Part shown: positions 34,259 to 45,742 of the stretch, piece by piece | Numbering within the stretch: the first letter of the stretch is position 1 | How the letters are laid out: each line of letters starts with the position of its first letter | Source: an uncultured Planctomycetota bacterium | GTDB taxonomy: Bacteria > Planctomycetota > Planctomycetia > Pirellulales > Lacipirellulaceae | Direction: 5' to 3' | DNA length: 64,000 nt | Assembly: GCA_963719315.1 (NCBI GenBank) | Contig: CAVRBU010000003.1 | Coordinates: 288,001 to 352,000, forward strand | The notes under the pieces: generated by a model | Database searches by the model: none | What the model was told of the DNA's origin: nothing | Seen by the model: the letters and a program-made list of their open reading frames with translations, nothing else | Program-made: the position numbers and the translations under genes

Positions 34259-35833
34259 TTATCGCCGAACGATCACGCGGGAACCGACCGAGAGGATGTC
34301 GGACAAATCCTCGGCATCCTGCAGCGAAACACGCAGGGCGGCAACGCCGGGGGCCGGTACGGCTGTGCCACCAGCAATCGTAAGCGTGGGTCCGCCGGGC
34401 TGTGGGCCTGGACTGGCTGCATTGCGCAAAACGATCGTTCGGTCCGCGGGGCCTGCTGAAGATACGAACTGCTGCACAGAGGATGTTCCACCCAGTTTCT
34501 GATCCACGGTCCACTGGCCTTCGGTGACTCCGGCCGGAATCGTAACAGGGAAGGTACCGGCGTAGCGACCGTCGACTTCCAGCATCAGTTCGTGGCGATG
34601 CAAATCGACCACGGCCGAGAACGGGCCACGAACAACTTTCAGTTCTTGCCCGGGCCGAAGCTGGTCGGGCGCAGGAATGCTGTTGATCTTGGCCAGTAGC
34701 TGCCAGGGGACGTTGTATTCCTTGGCGATTGTTTCCAGCGTTTCGCCCGGCATCACGACGCGGGCTGGCTCAAGCTGATGCTCCGTGGAGTAGATCACCG
34801 TGCCCGCCAACTGGCCGAGGAGGTCTTCGACTTTTTGGGTGTCGGCCGGGGCGAGCGATTCGTCGTTGTGCCACTTCGACAGGAGTTGGTGCGCTTGCTT
34901 CAGGTCGCGACGATCGAGCGCTGCCTGAATGGCGGGCCAACTCGCGGCGAACAATGCGCCGGCCGCAGTGCTCGGCTGGCTGGTAATTGGAGTTGCGGCC
35001 GGCGGAAGCGAAGCGGTACTCGTGCCAAAACCGTAACGATCGATGCTAGGCGGATTCGTTGGGTTGACTGGTGCTGTTGCTGGCAATGCACTTGGCGTCG
35101 CAGCGGGGTTGAGCGGCGGTGTCGCTATTGCCGCCGGTGTCGTTGACGCTCCATATCGGTCACCTGGTGACGGCGCTGCGACACCGGCGCCTGCGCCGTC
35201 GTTCGGCGTATCAGGCAACACATTCGCTACGTTTGGGAATGCGGGTGAGGTAGTTCCGACCCCCGTTGTGCCGAGTGGAGTGGTGTTGTCAGTAGTCGGG
35301 GCAGGATTCGTTGGCAGAACCGGCAACGTATTTGGAGCACCTGGCGGCATGTCGGCGCCTGGATTCTGGCCAGCTTCGTTACCGTAGCGCGCCGCGGGTA
35401 CGTTTTTCGGCAACTCCGTCGGGAGAGTGGCGGCAGGTTGAGCGGCCGGTGGCGTGACATTCGACGTTTGCGGAAGCTCGGGCAGATCCGGAATCGGCGG
35501 CACTTCGGGTAAACCATTGTTGGCCATGTCACCGGCGGCTGGCGTCGTAGCCCCGGCGGAATTGGCATTGCCGGCTGAGGCAGCGCCCGGCGGGATCGTC
35601 GCCGTGGGTGGCGCAACCGACGAAGTGGCCGGCGGCCAGGCCGCAGCCGCGCTATCTTGAGCAAGCGTGGCGCCGCCTCCTGCAGCAGCCAATGGTGGAA
35701 CGCCGTCTTGGGATTGGTCACCGTCTTGCGCACCGGCGTGCGGCCGCACGGGACCCTCATTGATTTTCACATATAAGTACGCGCCGACCACAACCAGGAC
35801 GGTGATCGTAAACAACGGTCGTATGGAACCCAT
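34259..35833 (-). CDS. membrane-anchored LysM protein with long Pro/Ala/Thr linker
   Basis: GETLETIAKEYNVPWQLLAKIN...LRPGQELKV; degenerate YkuD-like tail with no obvious catalytic His/Cys. Confidence 0.85.
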   Translation of the reverse strand: MGSIRPLFTITVLVVVGAYLYVKINEGPVRPHAGAQDGDQSQDGVPPLAAAGGGATLAQDSAAAAWPPATSSVAPPTATIPPGAASAGNANSAGATTPAAGDMANNGLPEVPPIPDLPELPQTSNVTPPAAQPAATLPTELPKNVPAARYGNEAGQNPGADMPPGAPNTLPVLPTNPAPTTDNTTPLGTTGVGTTSPAFPNVANVLPDTPNDGAGAGVAAPSPGDRYGASTTPAAIATPPLNPAATPSALPATAPVNPTNPPSIDRYGFGTSTASLPPAATPITSQPSTAAGALFAASWPAIQAALDRRDLKQAHQLLSKWHNDESLAPADTQKVEDLLGQLAGTVIYSTEHQLEPARVVMPGETLETIAKEYNVPWQLLAKINSIPAPDQLRPGQELKVVRGPFSAVVDLHRHELMLEVDGRYAGTFPVTIPAGVTEGQWTVDQKLGGTSSVQQFVSSAGPADRTIVLRNAASPGPQPGGPTLTIAGGTAVPAPGVAALRVSLQDAEDLSDILSVGSRVIVRR

Positions 35834-35949
35834 CGATCGTCCTCCATGACGAAAGAGCGGTTGATTTCTCTGAATTTTGATGCGCAGAATGCGGGCCGCG
35901 AATGGTAGAGAATCGGCGATTCTGATGCTATCCCAGAACTTGCAGCTCG

Positions 35950-36366
35950 CTAGCTGCTTGCAGTGCCAGGTGTAGGGACGCCAAACATCGTTTTGACCGA
36001 CGGGCGCAAAAGCACAATGATCGTCAAGACACCCAGAACGGTACCAAAAGGAAAGAAGGCGCACGATATCGCGGCAACTACGAAACAGTAAGTATAGCCG
36101 ATGTGTTTTTTGAGCCGCCCAGCGGCAATGAACAATGAGATAGCAAGCAACCAAAGCATTAATATCATCACGGACGCCATGCCAACGAAAAGGATCCCGA
36201 AAAATACCGGCATGCCCTCCCCGTGATTGCCTTCCAATTTGCCGCTTAACGCGAGGATACCTATGACAAGATGAATAATTGGAAAGCAGCCGAAAAGCGC
36301 TGCAAGTCCAGCAAGGACGTAGTGGAAAGTTGAGAGCAATTCGAGATGCCTGGTATCTTCATCCAT
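35950..36366 (-). CDS. hypothetical membrane protein
   Basis: HL-x-LLS-x-FHYV...C-x-FFPFGTVLG...L-x-RPSVK-x2-F. Confidence 0.8.
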   Translation of the reverse strand: MDEDTRHLELLSTFHYVLAGLAALFGCFPIIHLVIGILALSGKLEGNHGEGMPVFFGILFVGMASVMILMLWLLAISLFIAAGRLKKHIGYTYCFVVAAISCAFFPFGTVLGVLTIIVLLRPSVKTMFGVPTPGTASS

Positions 36367-36417
36367 TCGTACACCTCGTCGTATTGTTCATCGACAGGGA
36401 GATTCAATGACACGCCG

Positions 36418-37792
36418 CTAGATTACTTTACAGCGAAGCCGCTCGCGAATCGATTCCAGTCTCGCTGCCAACTCCTTCTCAAACCCGCGATCGGAGGGCC
36501 GGTAGTATTCTCGCTCGACACCCAGGTAGTCTTGTGCGGCGATGCCGCCGGGGGCATTGTGGGCGTATTCGTAGTCTTTGCCGTGGCCGAGGCGCTTGGC
36601 GCCTTGGTAGTGAGCGTCTTGCAAGTGGCGCGGAACGGGCAGCAGGCGGCCTTCGCGGATGTCTTGACGGGCTTCGCCAATGGCGACCGTGACGGCGTTA
36701 GATTTTGGCGCGCAGGCGAGGTACGTCACGGCCTGGGCCAGCGTGAGTTGGCATTCGGGCAGGCCGACGAATTCGCAGGCTTGCATCGCGGCGACGGCCA
36801 GCGGCAAGGCGTGCGGGTCGGCGTTGCCGATGTCTTCGCTGGCCAGAATCACGAGGCGGCGAGTGAGGAAGCGGACGTCTTCACCCCCTTCGAGCATGCG
36901 GGCCAGCCAGTAGAGGCCGGCGTCGGGGTCGCTGCCGCGGATGCTTTTGATGAGCGCGCTGGCCGCGTCGTAGTGGTCGTCGCCGGTGGGGTCGTAGCGG
37001 ATGGCTTTGCGTTGGACGGCGTCGGCGATGAGGTCGCGGGTGAGGTGAAACTGTCCCTTTTGGGTGGCATGCTCACGCTCCGCTGCGCTGCGAGAGCATG
37101 GCACCCCTTTCTTCACTCGACAATACGGCGACTTCTAAAGCGCCGAGGGCGCGGCGGGCGTCGCCGTCGGAGACTTCGGCGAGGAAGTGGAGGGCGTCCT
37201 GGTCGATCGTGGCGCTGTATAGGCCGAGGCCGCGGGTTTTGTCGGTGAGCGCGCGGCGGACGAGAGATTTGATATCGTCGGTCGATAGCGGCTCGAACTC
37301 GAACACGCGGCTGCGGCTGACGAGGGCGTCGTTCACAGCGAAAAACGGATTGGATGTGGTGAGACCGACGAGAATGACGACGCCTTCTTCCACGTCCGGC
37401 AATAAAGCGTCCTGCTGGGCGCGATTAAAGCGATGAATCTCATCAATCACGAGCAGCGTGGGCCGCCCGCCCGCCGCGACCTCGTTGCGCGCCTCCTCCA
37501 ATATCTCGCGGACATCCTTAACGCCGCTGGTGACGGCGCTCAATTGTCGAAAACGGCTGTCGGTCTCCTGGGCCAACAGTCGGGCCAGCGTCGTCTTGCC
37601 GGTGCCCGGCGGGCCGTAAAAAATAACCGAACCCAACCGACGGGCCTGTAGCATGCGCCACAACAATTTGCCTTCGCCGAGAAAATGCTGCTGGCCGACA
37701 AACTCGACGAGCTGCGTGGGCCGCATGCGAGCTGCAAGGGGCTGCACTTGCTCACGGTTGGCGGTTTCACTTTGAGCGAAGAGGTCGGGCAT
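36418..37792 (-). CDS. rarA: replication-associated recombination protein A, frameshift ~37108
   Basis: PLAARMRP, GPPGTGKTT, DEIHRFN, GDARRAL, SALIKSIRGSDPDA, ASEDIGNADP. Confidence 0.93.
37062..37106. repeat. 45-bp REP-like palindrome inside rarA
   Basis: GGGTGGCATGCTC...GAGCATGGCACCC; first 16 nt on the minus strand identical to 19942-19957. Confidence 0.8.
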
Positions 37793-37889
37793 ATTCGTAT
37801 TCAGGAATGGAAACTCGGACTAAAATTGGTGAGCAGAACTTCGATTTGGCTCACTCTATGGTTAGCGATCGATGGATACAATCGAGGCC

Positions 37890-38483
37890 ATGCGTTATTA
37901 CTTCCAGCTTGTCATGGTTTTGGTTGGAGTGCTTGCCGGCATCGTTGCGGCATTCGGACCCATGATATGCATCGCACGCTGGATATTAGCACCAATCGAC
38001 CGAGCCGCGAAGTCTCGCCAAGCGCCGGCCCGGTTTTCGATCGGCGACTTCTTGTGCTTGTTCATTCTTATCCAAATCCCGTTGGCGGCCGTTTCTCAAT
38101 TGCGAGATACCGATAACGAACGCCCATTGTGGATGGCTACGACCGTCGTGTGGATCTTGGGCACGGTCATTTGGTTTAAGGGGGCGCGAACATTGTCGAG
38201 GGCCGGCGTGGCGAACGGCGCTCATCGATTCGTGTATCTCGGCCTGGTTCTTCCGATCGTTTATTACGGGGTGCTTCCGTACACATTTCTCACGTGTTTC
38301 GGTATTTCTATATTTTTTGGCAATAACATCCAAGGCGATGGAGTTGGGTGGGCGTTCGTAGCGTGGTCACTGCTGAGCGTCTCATATTTTTTTAAGTGCG
38401 AAATTCACGCGATGGATGCTGCAAATTGCAAGGCCAGAAGGGATTCTCGTCGAGGAAATTGCCTCGACCCAAGTGCTGCTTGA
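37890..38483 (+). CDS. hypothetical membrane protein (possible frameshift in T-run ~38390)
   Basis: Several TM segments, RFSIGD motif. Confidence 0.7.
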   Translation: MRYYFQLVMVLVGVLAGIVAAFGPMICIARWILAPIDRAAKSRQAPARFSIGDFLCLFILIQIPLAAVSQLRDTDNERPLWMATTVVWILGTVIWFKGARTLSRAGVANGAHRFVYLGLVLPIVYYGVLPYTFLTCFGISIFFGNNIQGDGVGWAFVAWSLLSVSYFFKCEIHAMDAANCKARRDSRRGNCLDPSAA

Positions 38484-38510
38484 GGGACGCCGTGTCTGCA
38501 GTCTGACTCG

Positions 38511-39185
38511 TCAGTTAGAAAACGGAACTACGAGTCCCGATGCAGGCAGCATCTCCGCGAGTGGGCACGTCTCGCACTTGGGTGAGGTGCGTTTGCAGTA
38601 GTCCTTGCCGACCCGCACTAACAAGGCATGGTACTCATTGTAGAGCGGCGCGTCGGCGGGCAGGTCGGATTCGAATTGGTCCTTGATTTGGTGGTAGTCG
38701 GCGTCGTAATCGATCCAGCCATGGCGGGCGAGGATGCGGTGCGTGTACGTGTCCACTACGAAAGTGGGCAGGCCGCCGGCATAGAGGAGAATTGCGTCGG
38801 CAGTTTCAGGGCCGATGCCGTGGATCGCCAGGAGTTGTTCGCGGAGCGTCGATAGGCTGACACGGAACATGGCGTCGAGCGAGCCGTCGAATTCGTCGAG
38901 GACGAACTTCAGGAGATTCCGCAGCCGCTTGGCTTTCACTTGATAATAACCCGCAGGCCGGATCAACTCGGCCAGTTCGGCGGGTGGCAGGGCGTATAGC
39001 GCACACGGCTGCATGACGCCCGCCTCGCGCAAATTCTCAATTGCCCGCTCGACGTTTCGCCAGGCGGTGTTCTGCACGAGCACGGCGCCGACCATGATCT
39101 CGAATGGCGAATCGCCCGGCCACCAACGTTGCGGACCGAATGCGGCCAGCAGTCGTTCATACGCTTGGAGCAATTTCGATGACAT
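38511..39185 (-). CDS. endonuclease III-like HhH-GPD protein
   Basis: WWP, GAVLVQNT-x-W, GIGPETAD-x-ILLY, VVDTYT, C-terminal Cys cluster. Confidence 0.9.
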   Translation of the reverse strand: MSSKLLQAYERLLAAFGPQRWWPGDSPFEIMVGAVLVQNTAWRNVERAIENLREAGVMQPCALYALPPAELAELIRPAGYYQVKAKRLRNLLKFVLDEFDGSLDAMFRVSLSTLREQLLAIHGIGPETADAILLYAGGLPTFVVDTYTHRILARHGWIDYDADYHQIKDQFESDLPADAPLYNEYHALLVRVGKDYCKRTSPKCETCPLAEMLPASGLVVPFSN

Positions 39186-39463
39186 CGTACTACGCGCGCC
39201 CCAGGTCGCAGACAAGCCCGGCGACAGAATCAGACCAGCACCAAAAGTCAAGTCTGAAAATGATACAATAATCACACACGAGGAACCGACCTTTGATGCA
39301 CTTTTTCGGAGCGAGTATAATTGGTTTACACGAGAAGATTTGGCAGGTTTAACAGCAGCGTTATCTCTGTTTGCTCCTGTTAAACAATCAATCCGACTTT
39401 GATGAATGATCAACCGTGAGTGCGGATTTCGAAAGACCCGCGCTCAATTGATAGGAATCATAC

Positions 39464-40009
39464 GTGTTATCCGTTCGCCCGCGTATCGCCGAATTGGTGT
39501 TTCAGCTCTATGGGAGGTCGCTGCATCCGGAGTTGTTCGAAATCCATCGCAGCCGGCAGATCGAACGCGGCGGTTACACGGCAAATATCCAGATCACCAA
39601 TGCGGGTCACGTGGTCACCTGGCAATACGATGGCTTGACGCTGACCGAAGTGGCCGCGTCGGCCCAGCACCCGTTGCCGCAGCGGCGGCGGCTGATGTCG
39701 CACCGCTTGAAGGACAGTTGCGCCGACGATCTCGAATGCCGGGGCGGAATCACGTACCACGTGGATTTCTCCTTGGAGCCGGTCGCCCGCGAGATGTTTT
39801 GGACTTATCAGAAAGAGCTGACGCAGATCGGCGCTCGCGAAGGCCTGCTGCATTGCTTCGAATCGAGCGGTCGGTTCGGGCTGGGGGCGATGAGCTACAT
39901 CAACGTCGAATCGCGCGACCGCAGCCTCAAAGTGCAGGCGTTTCACACGTTTCCCGACGATTACGCGATTGTGAAGAGCCAGTCGGTGTTTGCGCTGCCA
40001 AGCAAATAG
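39464..40009 (+). CDS. DUF2617-like protein
   Basis: LHPELF...GHVV...FHTFPD-x3-IVKSQS-x-F. Confidence 0.7.
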   Translation: MLSVRPRIAELVFQLYGRSLHPELFEIHRSRQIERGGYTANIQITNAGHVVTWQYDGLTLTEVAASAQHPLPQRRRLMSHRLKDSCADDLECRGGITYHVDFSLEPVAREMFWTYQKELTQIGAREGLLHCFESSGRFGLGAMSYINVESRDRSLKVQAFHTFPDDYAIVKSQSVFALPSK

Positions 40010-40103
40010 ATTGTCCGTGGTCCTTTGTCCGTAATCCGTTGCTTGGAATTGCAACGGACAACCGACCACGGACAACGGACTCTCTTCATTATGAGCGGCT
40101 TAG

Positions 40104-40433
40104 TCAACGCGCTATAGCAGCATTTGTGCAATCGAGAATCGACTGCCAATCCCGTTGCGTCACGCGGCCGATGCTTGCGGTTATTGCCCGCTGTGGCAAC
40201 GTCACGAAGAACGAGCGAAATGCCGACTCCACTCGCAGGTTTGACGACTGCCAATCTTGCAAAACGTAGTCCGTTGGCCCGATAGCGGACGATACCTGGC
40301 TTGTGAGCAGCCCCACAATTACGTCAGGCCGCACTTGATGGTACAAGTCTGAAGAAACCACGACGGCTGGTCGACGTTTCGTGCCTTGGACGCCTGGAAA
40401 GTCGACAACGACAATGTCCCCGAGGGCAGCCAT
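40104..40433 (-). CDS. PemK/MazF-family toxin
   Basis: GDIVVVDFP...KRRPAVVVS...LTS. Confidence 0.9.
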   Translation of the reverse strand: MAALGDIVVVDFPGVQGTKRRPAVVVSSDLYHQVRPDVIVGLLTSQVSSAIGPTDYVLQDWQSSNLRVESAFRSFFVTLPQRAITASIGRVTQRDWQSILDCTNAAIAR

Positions 40434-40438
40434 CTTGA

Positions 40439-40645
40439 CTACTCTTCGCCAAGCGACTGCGCCGCGTAGTTCGCCGAGTACCGCGCCACATCACTGATGT
40501 CTTCCTCCGACCACTCGTCGGAGTAGTCCAGAACCGAAGCGGATGACTCGGTCAAACCTTCGAGGATCAGCGTCGCCAATCGGAGCTGCTCTGATTTAGG
40601 CAGTGCAAGGACGTCACTTGAATAAATCTGCTGTGCCCGCTGCAT
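40439..40645 (-). CDS. putative antitoxin
   Basis: 68-aa acidic protein, LP-x-SEQLRLATLIL...EWSEED, directly upstream of the MazF-like gene. Confidence 0.7.
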   Translation of the reverse strand: MQRAQQIYSSDVLALPKSEQLRLATLILEGLTESSASVLDYSDEWSEEDISDVARYSANYAAQSLGEE

Positions 40646-40725
40646 GCAATTCGCTCCCAAAAAGGAATCCGATTCGTATCCAGTCCAGCTATCCATCATG
40701 CTTACTTCAATCATAGCCTGCAACG

Positions 40726-41550
40726 TCAACCGCGACCAACGGAATTGACCCTCTCGAGAAATCGCACAATCGCTTCATTAACGGCCGATGGCGATTCCAG
40801 GGTGGTCATATGGCCCGAGTTGGGAATTTCGACGAACTCTGCGTTGGGAATTGCGTTGGCGACTTCACACATTTCGGCGGATGAACTGATGGCGTCGTCT
40901 CCACCAACGAAAACCAGCGTGGGTACCTGAATCGAGGGCAGCATTGCGGTTACGTCCGGGCGGGCGGCCATGCCGCGCTGGGCTGCCGCGATCGCAGCGG
41001 GCGGCGTTCGCTCGACGACGCGGCGGATTTCGGCCATCAGTTGCGGCCTTGTTTCGAGCGCTCGGGCCGAAAGCAATTTGGGCCCCATCATCTCGGCCAC
41101 GCGGCGGCTGCCCCACTCGGCGACGTTGTCGGCCATTTTGATGCGCCCGGCGCGGGTTTCGTCGGTGTCGGCGACGGCCCGCGTATCGCACTGGATTAAC
41201 GCCCGTACTCGAAGGCCATATTTACGCAGGAATTGCCAGGCGATGTAGCCGCCCATTGAAAAGCCGACCAGTACAACTGGCTCGGTGATGCCGATTGCGT
41301 CGAGCAGTTCCGCCAACTCATCGGCGTATTGTTCCATTGCGATGCCGCGGGTCGGATCGACTTCGCCAAGCGGCGACTCGCCGAATCCGCGCAAGTCGGG
41401 TGCGACGACGCGGCCTTGCTCGGTGAGTGCATCGATCTGGGCGTTCCACATTGTGTGGTCGAGCGGGAAGCCGTGGATGAGCACGATGGGCGTGCCGTGG
41501 CCGCGATCGATGTAGGCGATATCGCTGTGACTGAGAGCGATTGTGTTCAC
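40726..41550 (-). CDS. alpha/beta hydrolase
   Basis: HGFP, PDLRGFG, GFSMGG, GH. Confidence 0.92.
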   Translation of the reverse strand: MNTIALSHSDIAYIDRGHGTPIVLIHGFPLDHTMWNAQIDALTEQGRVVAPDLRGFGESPLGEVDPTRGIAMEQYADELAELLDAIGITEPVVLVGFSMGGYIAWQFLRKYGLRVRALIQCDTRAVADTDETRAGRIKMADNVAEWGSRRVAEMMGPKLLSARALETRPQLMAEIRRVVERTPPAAIAAAQRGMAARPDVTAMLPSIQVPTLVFVGGDDAISSSAEMCEVANAIPNAEFVEIPNSGHMTTLESPSAVNEAIVRFLERVNSVGRG

Positions 41551-41593
41551 GTGTTGCCACGCACCAGGGTGTGTCTCGAAGACTCGACACACC

Positions 41594-43522
41594 CTACTGT
41601 TTGGAACTGGTCTTGGGCGCTGACTTCTTCTCGGCCAGCGTTTTCTCGAACAGGGCCAACTGGCGTTGCATGACCTGCATGTATTCGATTTTGGCGACGG
41701 CTTGCCGCTCGAATTTCACCGCGTTTTCGTAGTCGCCGGCGGCGTAGTAGCAGCGAGCGAGCGTATCGAGATAGCTCGCCGCGCCGGAGTCGCCGTTCGT
41801 GTTGAGTTCGAGCGACCGGTGCGAATAGCGAATCGCCTTTTGGAAGTCGCCCTCGGTGTTGCTCACCAGCCACGCCCATTGGTTGTAAGGTGAAGCATCC
41901 GACGGATCCTGATCGATTTCCTGTTGGAATTGCTCGGTCAACTCCCGAACGCGCTGGCGAACCGAATCGCGCCATTTCTCGTCCGAATCGGGCAGGCGGT
42001 ACATGGTGATCAGGACATCGGCGTCGGTCGGGTCGAATTTAATCGCCAAATCGAGTTCGCCCCGGGCGCGCGTGTTGTCCTGCTCGGCCAAGAACTGTTC
42101 GGCCCGATAAAAGTGGTATCGGGCGGCGATGGCGTCCGGGTCTGGCAGCGCCAGTCGGCCGTTGTTGTATTCACGAATTTTAGCGTAGAGCTGACCAACG
42201 CGGCCTTCGCCTTGCACGGCCTTCACAAGCGGTTCCAGCGTATCGCCGGCCTCTTTGTGGCGCTCGTAGTCGTGCAGCAAGCTCGACAAGTAAATGCGGG
42301 CGAGAATCGTTTCATAGGAATCCGCGGCGTCCTTTTTGTCGATCGCCTTGCGGTATTCGCGAACGGCCCAGTCGAACTGGCCGTGCTCTTCCAAGTCCTT
42401 AGCGATGGCAAAACCTTCCAAGGTGGCCTGAGTTTGAATCTCCGCCGCCGCATTGGCGAGCTCTTCGGCTTCGGCTTTTTTGCCTTGCTTCGCCCGGGCG
42501 AGGGCCGCGTAGTACATTGGCCGCTTGCTTTGCTGAAATGCGGACTGATGTTTTACCAAGAACGAATCGAGCACTTCCCACGACTTGTTTTCCGTCAACC
42601 AGACGAGAAGGCTAACGACCGTTTCGTCCGATCGCTCGGCCGACAGTTCCAACATGCGGTCGACGACGGCAATGAGCGCGGGCTGGTCATTGACTTGGCG
42701 ATACAGGTCGGCGAGGTTCCACAGCAGCCCGATCAAAACTTCGTTCGACGTTTCGGACGTACTGCTTTCGAGGCGTTTTGATTCCTGGTCGATCAATTGC
42801 TTCCAGGCGGCGATCGAAGCGGGCGGATCGCGCAACTGGGCCAGATATTGGCGCAGCCACGTGGCGGATGCCCGCGTGCTGGGGCCAAGCTCCTTCTCGA
42901 TCGCAGTTGGCTCGATTTGAGGCCGCGTGGCCCCGGCATCCTTCGGACGAATGATGGCCAAAGCCGCCATTTGAGAAACGATCGAGGAGCGATCATATCG
43001 GGCAATGCGGCACAGGCCCGTCAGCCCACCACCCTCAGGCAGCTTGGCCAATTGCTCGACGCGCTCCAGGCGGGCGGCTTCGGCCTCTTGCCCGTATTGG
43101 CGCAAGAGGGCACGCACGGCCGGGGAATCGTCGGCTTGAACCCAGCGAACGGCGATTTGCCGGAGCAAGTAGTTCGCGCTGGCGGCTATTTCCGGATCGG
43201 CGTCTTCCGTGGCCGCGTGGAGCAAATCAAACGCTTCCGCGCCGATTTGCCGGAGCTCACCGGCGGCGGCGCGGCGAGTTGTGTATCGCGGATTGCCCAG
43301 GTCGCGGATCAGCTTTTGGATGCGTTCTTGTTGCGCTTTGGCGGATTGTGCGGAGTTCGCAGATGCGTCTTTCGAGGTCGCGGAAGCAATTGGCTTACTG
43401 GTGGCGGCAGACGATTCATCCGCTTGAACAGGGGGGAACGATTGAGCCAAATAGAGAGCAAACGCAATCATCGGAACGATGACGCGGCGACCGGCCCGGA
43501 TCAAAGATGTTTGGCCTGTCAT
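41594..43522 (-). CDS. secreted TPR/HEAT-repeat protein
   Basis: Signal peptide; YNQWAWL...YLDTLARCYY TPR-like motifs. Confidence 0.85.
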   Translation of the reverse strand: MTGQTSLIRAGRRVIVPMIAFALYLAQSFPPVQADESSAATSKPIASATSKDASANSAQSAKAQQERIQKLIRDLGNPRYTTRRAAAGELRQIGAEAFDLLHAATEDADPEIAASANYLLRQIAVRWVQADDSPAVRALLRQYGQEAEAARLERVEQLAKLPEGGGLTGLCRIARYDRSSIVSQMAALAIIRPKDAGATRPQIEPTAIEKELGPSTRASATWLRQYLAQLRDPPASIAAWKQLIDQESKRLESSTSETSNEVLIGLLWNLADLYRQVNDQPALIAVVDRMLELSAERSDETVVSLLVWLTENKSWEVLDSFLVKHQSAFQQSKRPMYYAALARAKQGKKAEAEELANAAAEIQTQATLEGFAIAKDLEEHGQFDWAVREYRKAIDKKDAADSYETILARIYLSSLLHDYERHKEAGDTLEPLVKAVQGEGRVGQLYAKIREYNNGRLALPDPDAIAARYHFYRAEQFLAEQDNTRARGELDLAIKFDPTDADVLITMYRLPDSDEKWRDSVRQRVRELTEQFQQEIDQDPSDASPYNQWAWLVSNTEGDFQKAIRYSHRSLELNTNGDSGAASYLDTLARCYYAAGDYENAVKFERQAVAKIEYMQVMQRQLALFEKTLAEKKSAPKTSSKQ

Positions 43523-43722
43523 TTGAGAATTCCCCGCTTTCGGGACACTGTTCTATTAGCATACCGCAAAAACGCGAAACTAGACAGGGGATTTGCAGCG
43601 GCAAACGATCGGTTGACCCACGATGCGTAGCTGAATTCGCAAGAATTCGGTCTTCGATGAGGGGGCTGAAATCTCGCGAGTCCAGCTACGAGGATATCTG
43701 CTCGCGGAACGAACGGACTACA

Positions 43723-44166
43723 CTAGCGGCGTTCCATTTGCTCGATGTATTGCCGCAGGCGTTCGACTTCGTCGGTCACATGGTGCAGTTTGAGCATATT
43801 ATCGACACGCTTGAGCAATTCGGCCTTGTTGACCGGCTTCGAGAGGAAATCATCGGTGCCGGCTTGCACGGCCCGCTCGATATCGCCCAACTCGTTGAGG
43901 GCCGTGACCATCAAAATCATGATGCTGCACGTGGCGGGGTCGGTCTTGAGCTTTTTGCAAACCTCGAAGCCGCTGAGCTTGGGCATCATGATATCGAGCA
44001 AAATGAGATGCGGGCGGAACGAGGCCACCTTGGCGAGCGTGTCCTGGCCGTCGACGGCGACCGACGTTTCGACATCGAGCCCGGCCAAGTAGGCCTCAAG
44101 CAGCTCGACGTTGGGCTCGTTGTCGTCGGCGATGAGGATACGACTTCTTTCTGGGCCTTTTTTCAT
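43723..44166 (-). CDS. single-domain response regulator
   Basis: ILIADD, LLDIMMP, VTA, KP. Confidence 0.92.
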   Translation of the reverse strand: MKKGPERSRILIADDNEPNVELLEAYLAGLDVETSVAVDGQDTLAKVASFRPHLILLDIMMPKLSGFEVCKKLKTDPATCSIMILMVTALNELGDIERAVQAGTDDFLSKPVNKAELLKRVDNMLKLHHVTDEVERLRQYIEQMERR

Positions 44167-44361
44167 TGTTAGCTCGAGCGGTACGCGCGACAAACAAAAC
44201 CTTTACCACCAAGTCACAAAGAACACGAAGGGCACGAAGGGGAGAAGATAAGAATTCAATGAATGCACAACCAATTCACTACTCCGCATGTTGCATTGTT
44301 TCGCTAAATGCTTTGCATTTTGTATTTCTTGCCTTCCTTGGTGTCCTTAGTGTCTTCGTGG

Positions 44362-45615
44362 TTATTGATCCAATGCAGCCGCGGGGACGGGGAAGTTTTG
44401 GCATAGGTCTTGAATCTCGCCACGGATGCGGTTGAGGACAGCTTCATCATCGGGCGCACGGAGCGCGGCGAGTATCCAGGCGCCGATGGTGCGCATCTGT
44501 TCGGCCTTCATACCACGGGTCGTGAGTGCGGGCGTGCCAATGCGAATGCCAGATGGATCCACCGGCTTGCGCTCATCGTACGGTATCATGTTCTTGTTGA
44601 CCGTGATGCCGCAGCGGTCGAGCGATTGCTCGGCGACCTTGCCGCCGATGCCGAGCGGCGTGACATCGACCAAGAGCAAATGATTATCGGTGCCGCCGCT
44701 GACCAGTTTAAAGCCGCCGGCCAGCAATGTTTCGGCGAGCGCTTGGGCGTTGTCGATGATTTGCCGGGCATAGATTTTGAACTCAGGCCGCAGCGCTTCG
44801 CCAAAGCAGATGGCTTTGCCGGCGATGATGTGCATCAGTGGGCCGCCTTGAATGCCGGGAAACACGCGACTGTTGATCGCTTTGCCGTATTCCTCTTTGG
44901 CGAGGCACAAGCCGGCGCGTGGTCCGCGGAGGGTTTTGTGCGTGGTGGTCGTCACGAAGTCGGAGACGGGCACGGGGTTGTTATGGAGGCCGGCGGCGAC
45001 GAGCCCAGCGTAGTGGGCCATGTCGACCATCAGCTTTGCGCCGACTCCACGGGCGATCTCGGCAAACTTCTCGTGTGGTATTTCGCGCGGATAGGCGCTG
45101 GCGCCGGCCACGATCATTTTTGGTTTGTGCTCGCGGGCCAGCGCGGCGACCTGATCGAAGTCGAGACGATTCGTGTCACGCGTCACGCCGTAGCTGATGA
45201 AATGATACAGCATCCCGCTGATGTTGAGCTTCATGCCGTGCGTGAGATGGCCACCGTGGGCCAGGTCGAGGCCGAGGACGATATCGCCCGGTTCAAGCGC
45301 TGCGAGATAGATGGCCGTGTTGGCTTGCGAACCGCTGTGGGGCTGGACGTTGGCGAACTCGGCCCCGAAGAGCTGCTTGGCCCGGTCGATGGCGAGCTGC
45401 TCGACGACATCGACGAATTCGCAGCCGCCGTAGTATCGCCGGCCGGGGTAGCCCTCGGCGTATTTGTTGGTCAACACGCTGCCGGCAGCCTGCATGACGG
45501 CTGGGCTCGTGTAGTTCTCGCTGGCGATCATTTCGAGACCATCGGCCTGGCGTTCGATCTCATTTTCGATCGCGCTCCACACGGCCGGGTCATTTTTGGC
45601 GATAAAATTGGTCAC
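44362..45615 (-). CDS. glyA: serine hydroxymethyltransferase
   Basis: [35 protein letters not shown] start downstream of a palindrome. Confidence 0.97.
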   Translation of the reverse strand: MTNFIAKNDPAVWSAIENEIERQADGLEMIASENYTSPAVMQAAGSVLTNKYAEGYPGRRYYGGCEFVDVVEQLAIDRAKQLFGAEFANVQPHSGSQANTAIYLAALEPGDIVLGLDLAHGGHLTHGMKLNISGMLYHFISYGVTRDTNRLDFDQVAALAREHKPKMIVAGASAYPREIPHEKFAEIARGVGAKLMVDMAHYAGLVAAGLHNNPVPVSDFVTTTTHKTLRGPRAGLCLAKEEYGKAINSRVFPGIQGGPLMHIIAGKAICFGEALRPEFKIYARQIIDNAQALAETLLAGGFKLVSGGTDNHLLLVDVTPLGIGGKVAEQSLDRCGITVNKNMIPYDERKPVDPSGIRIGTPALTTRGMKAEQMRTIGAWILAALRAPDDEAVLNRIRGEIQDLCQNFPVPAAALDQ

Positions 45616-45666
45616 GTCGCCATTGTTCAAACGTGCAGGGGAAGTGTCAACCGCGGAGTGTACTTC

Positions 45667-45742
45667 GTAGGGTGTGTCGAGTCCGCGAGACACACCATCG
45701 CGGGCAGAATGCAGCGTGTCTCGCGGACTCGACACACCCTAC
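45667..45742. repeat. GTAG-type REP-like palindrome
   Basis: Perfect 27-bp arms GTAGGGTGTGTCGAGTCCGCGAGACAC; related copy at 41571-41597. Confidence 0.85.
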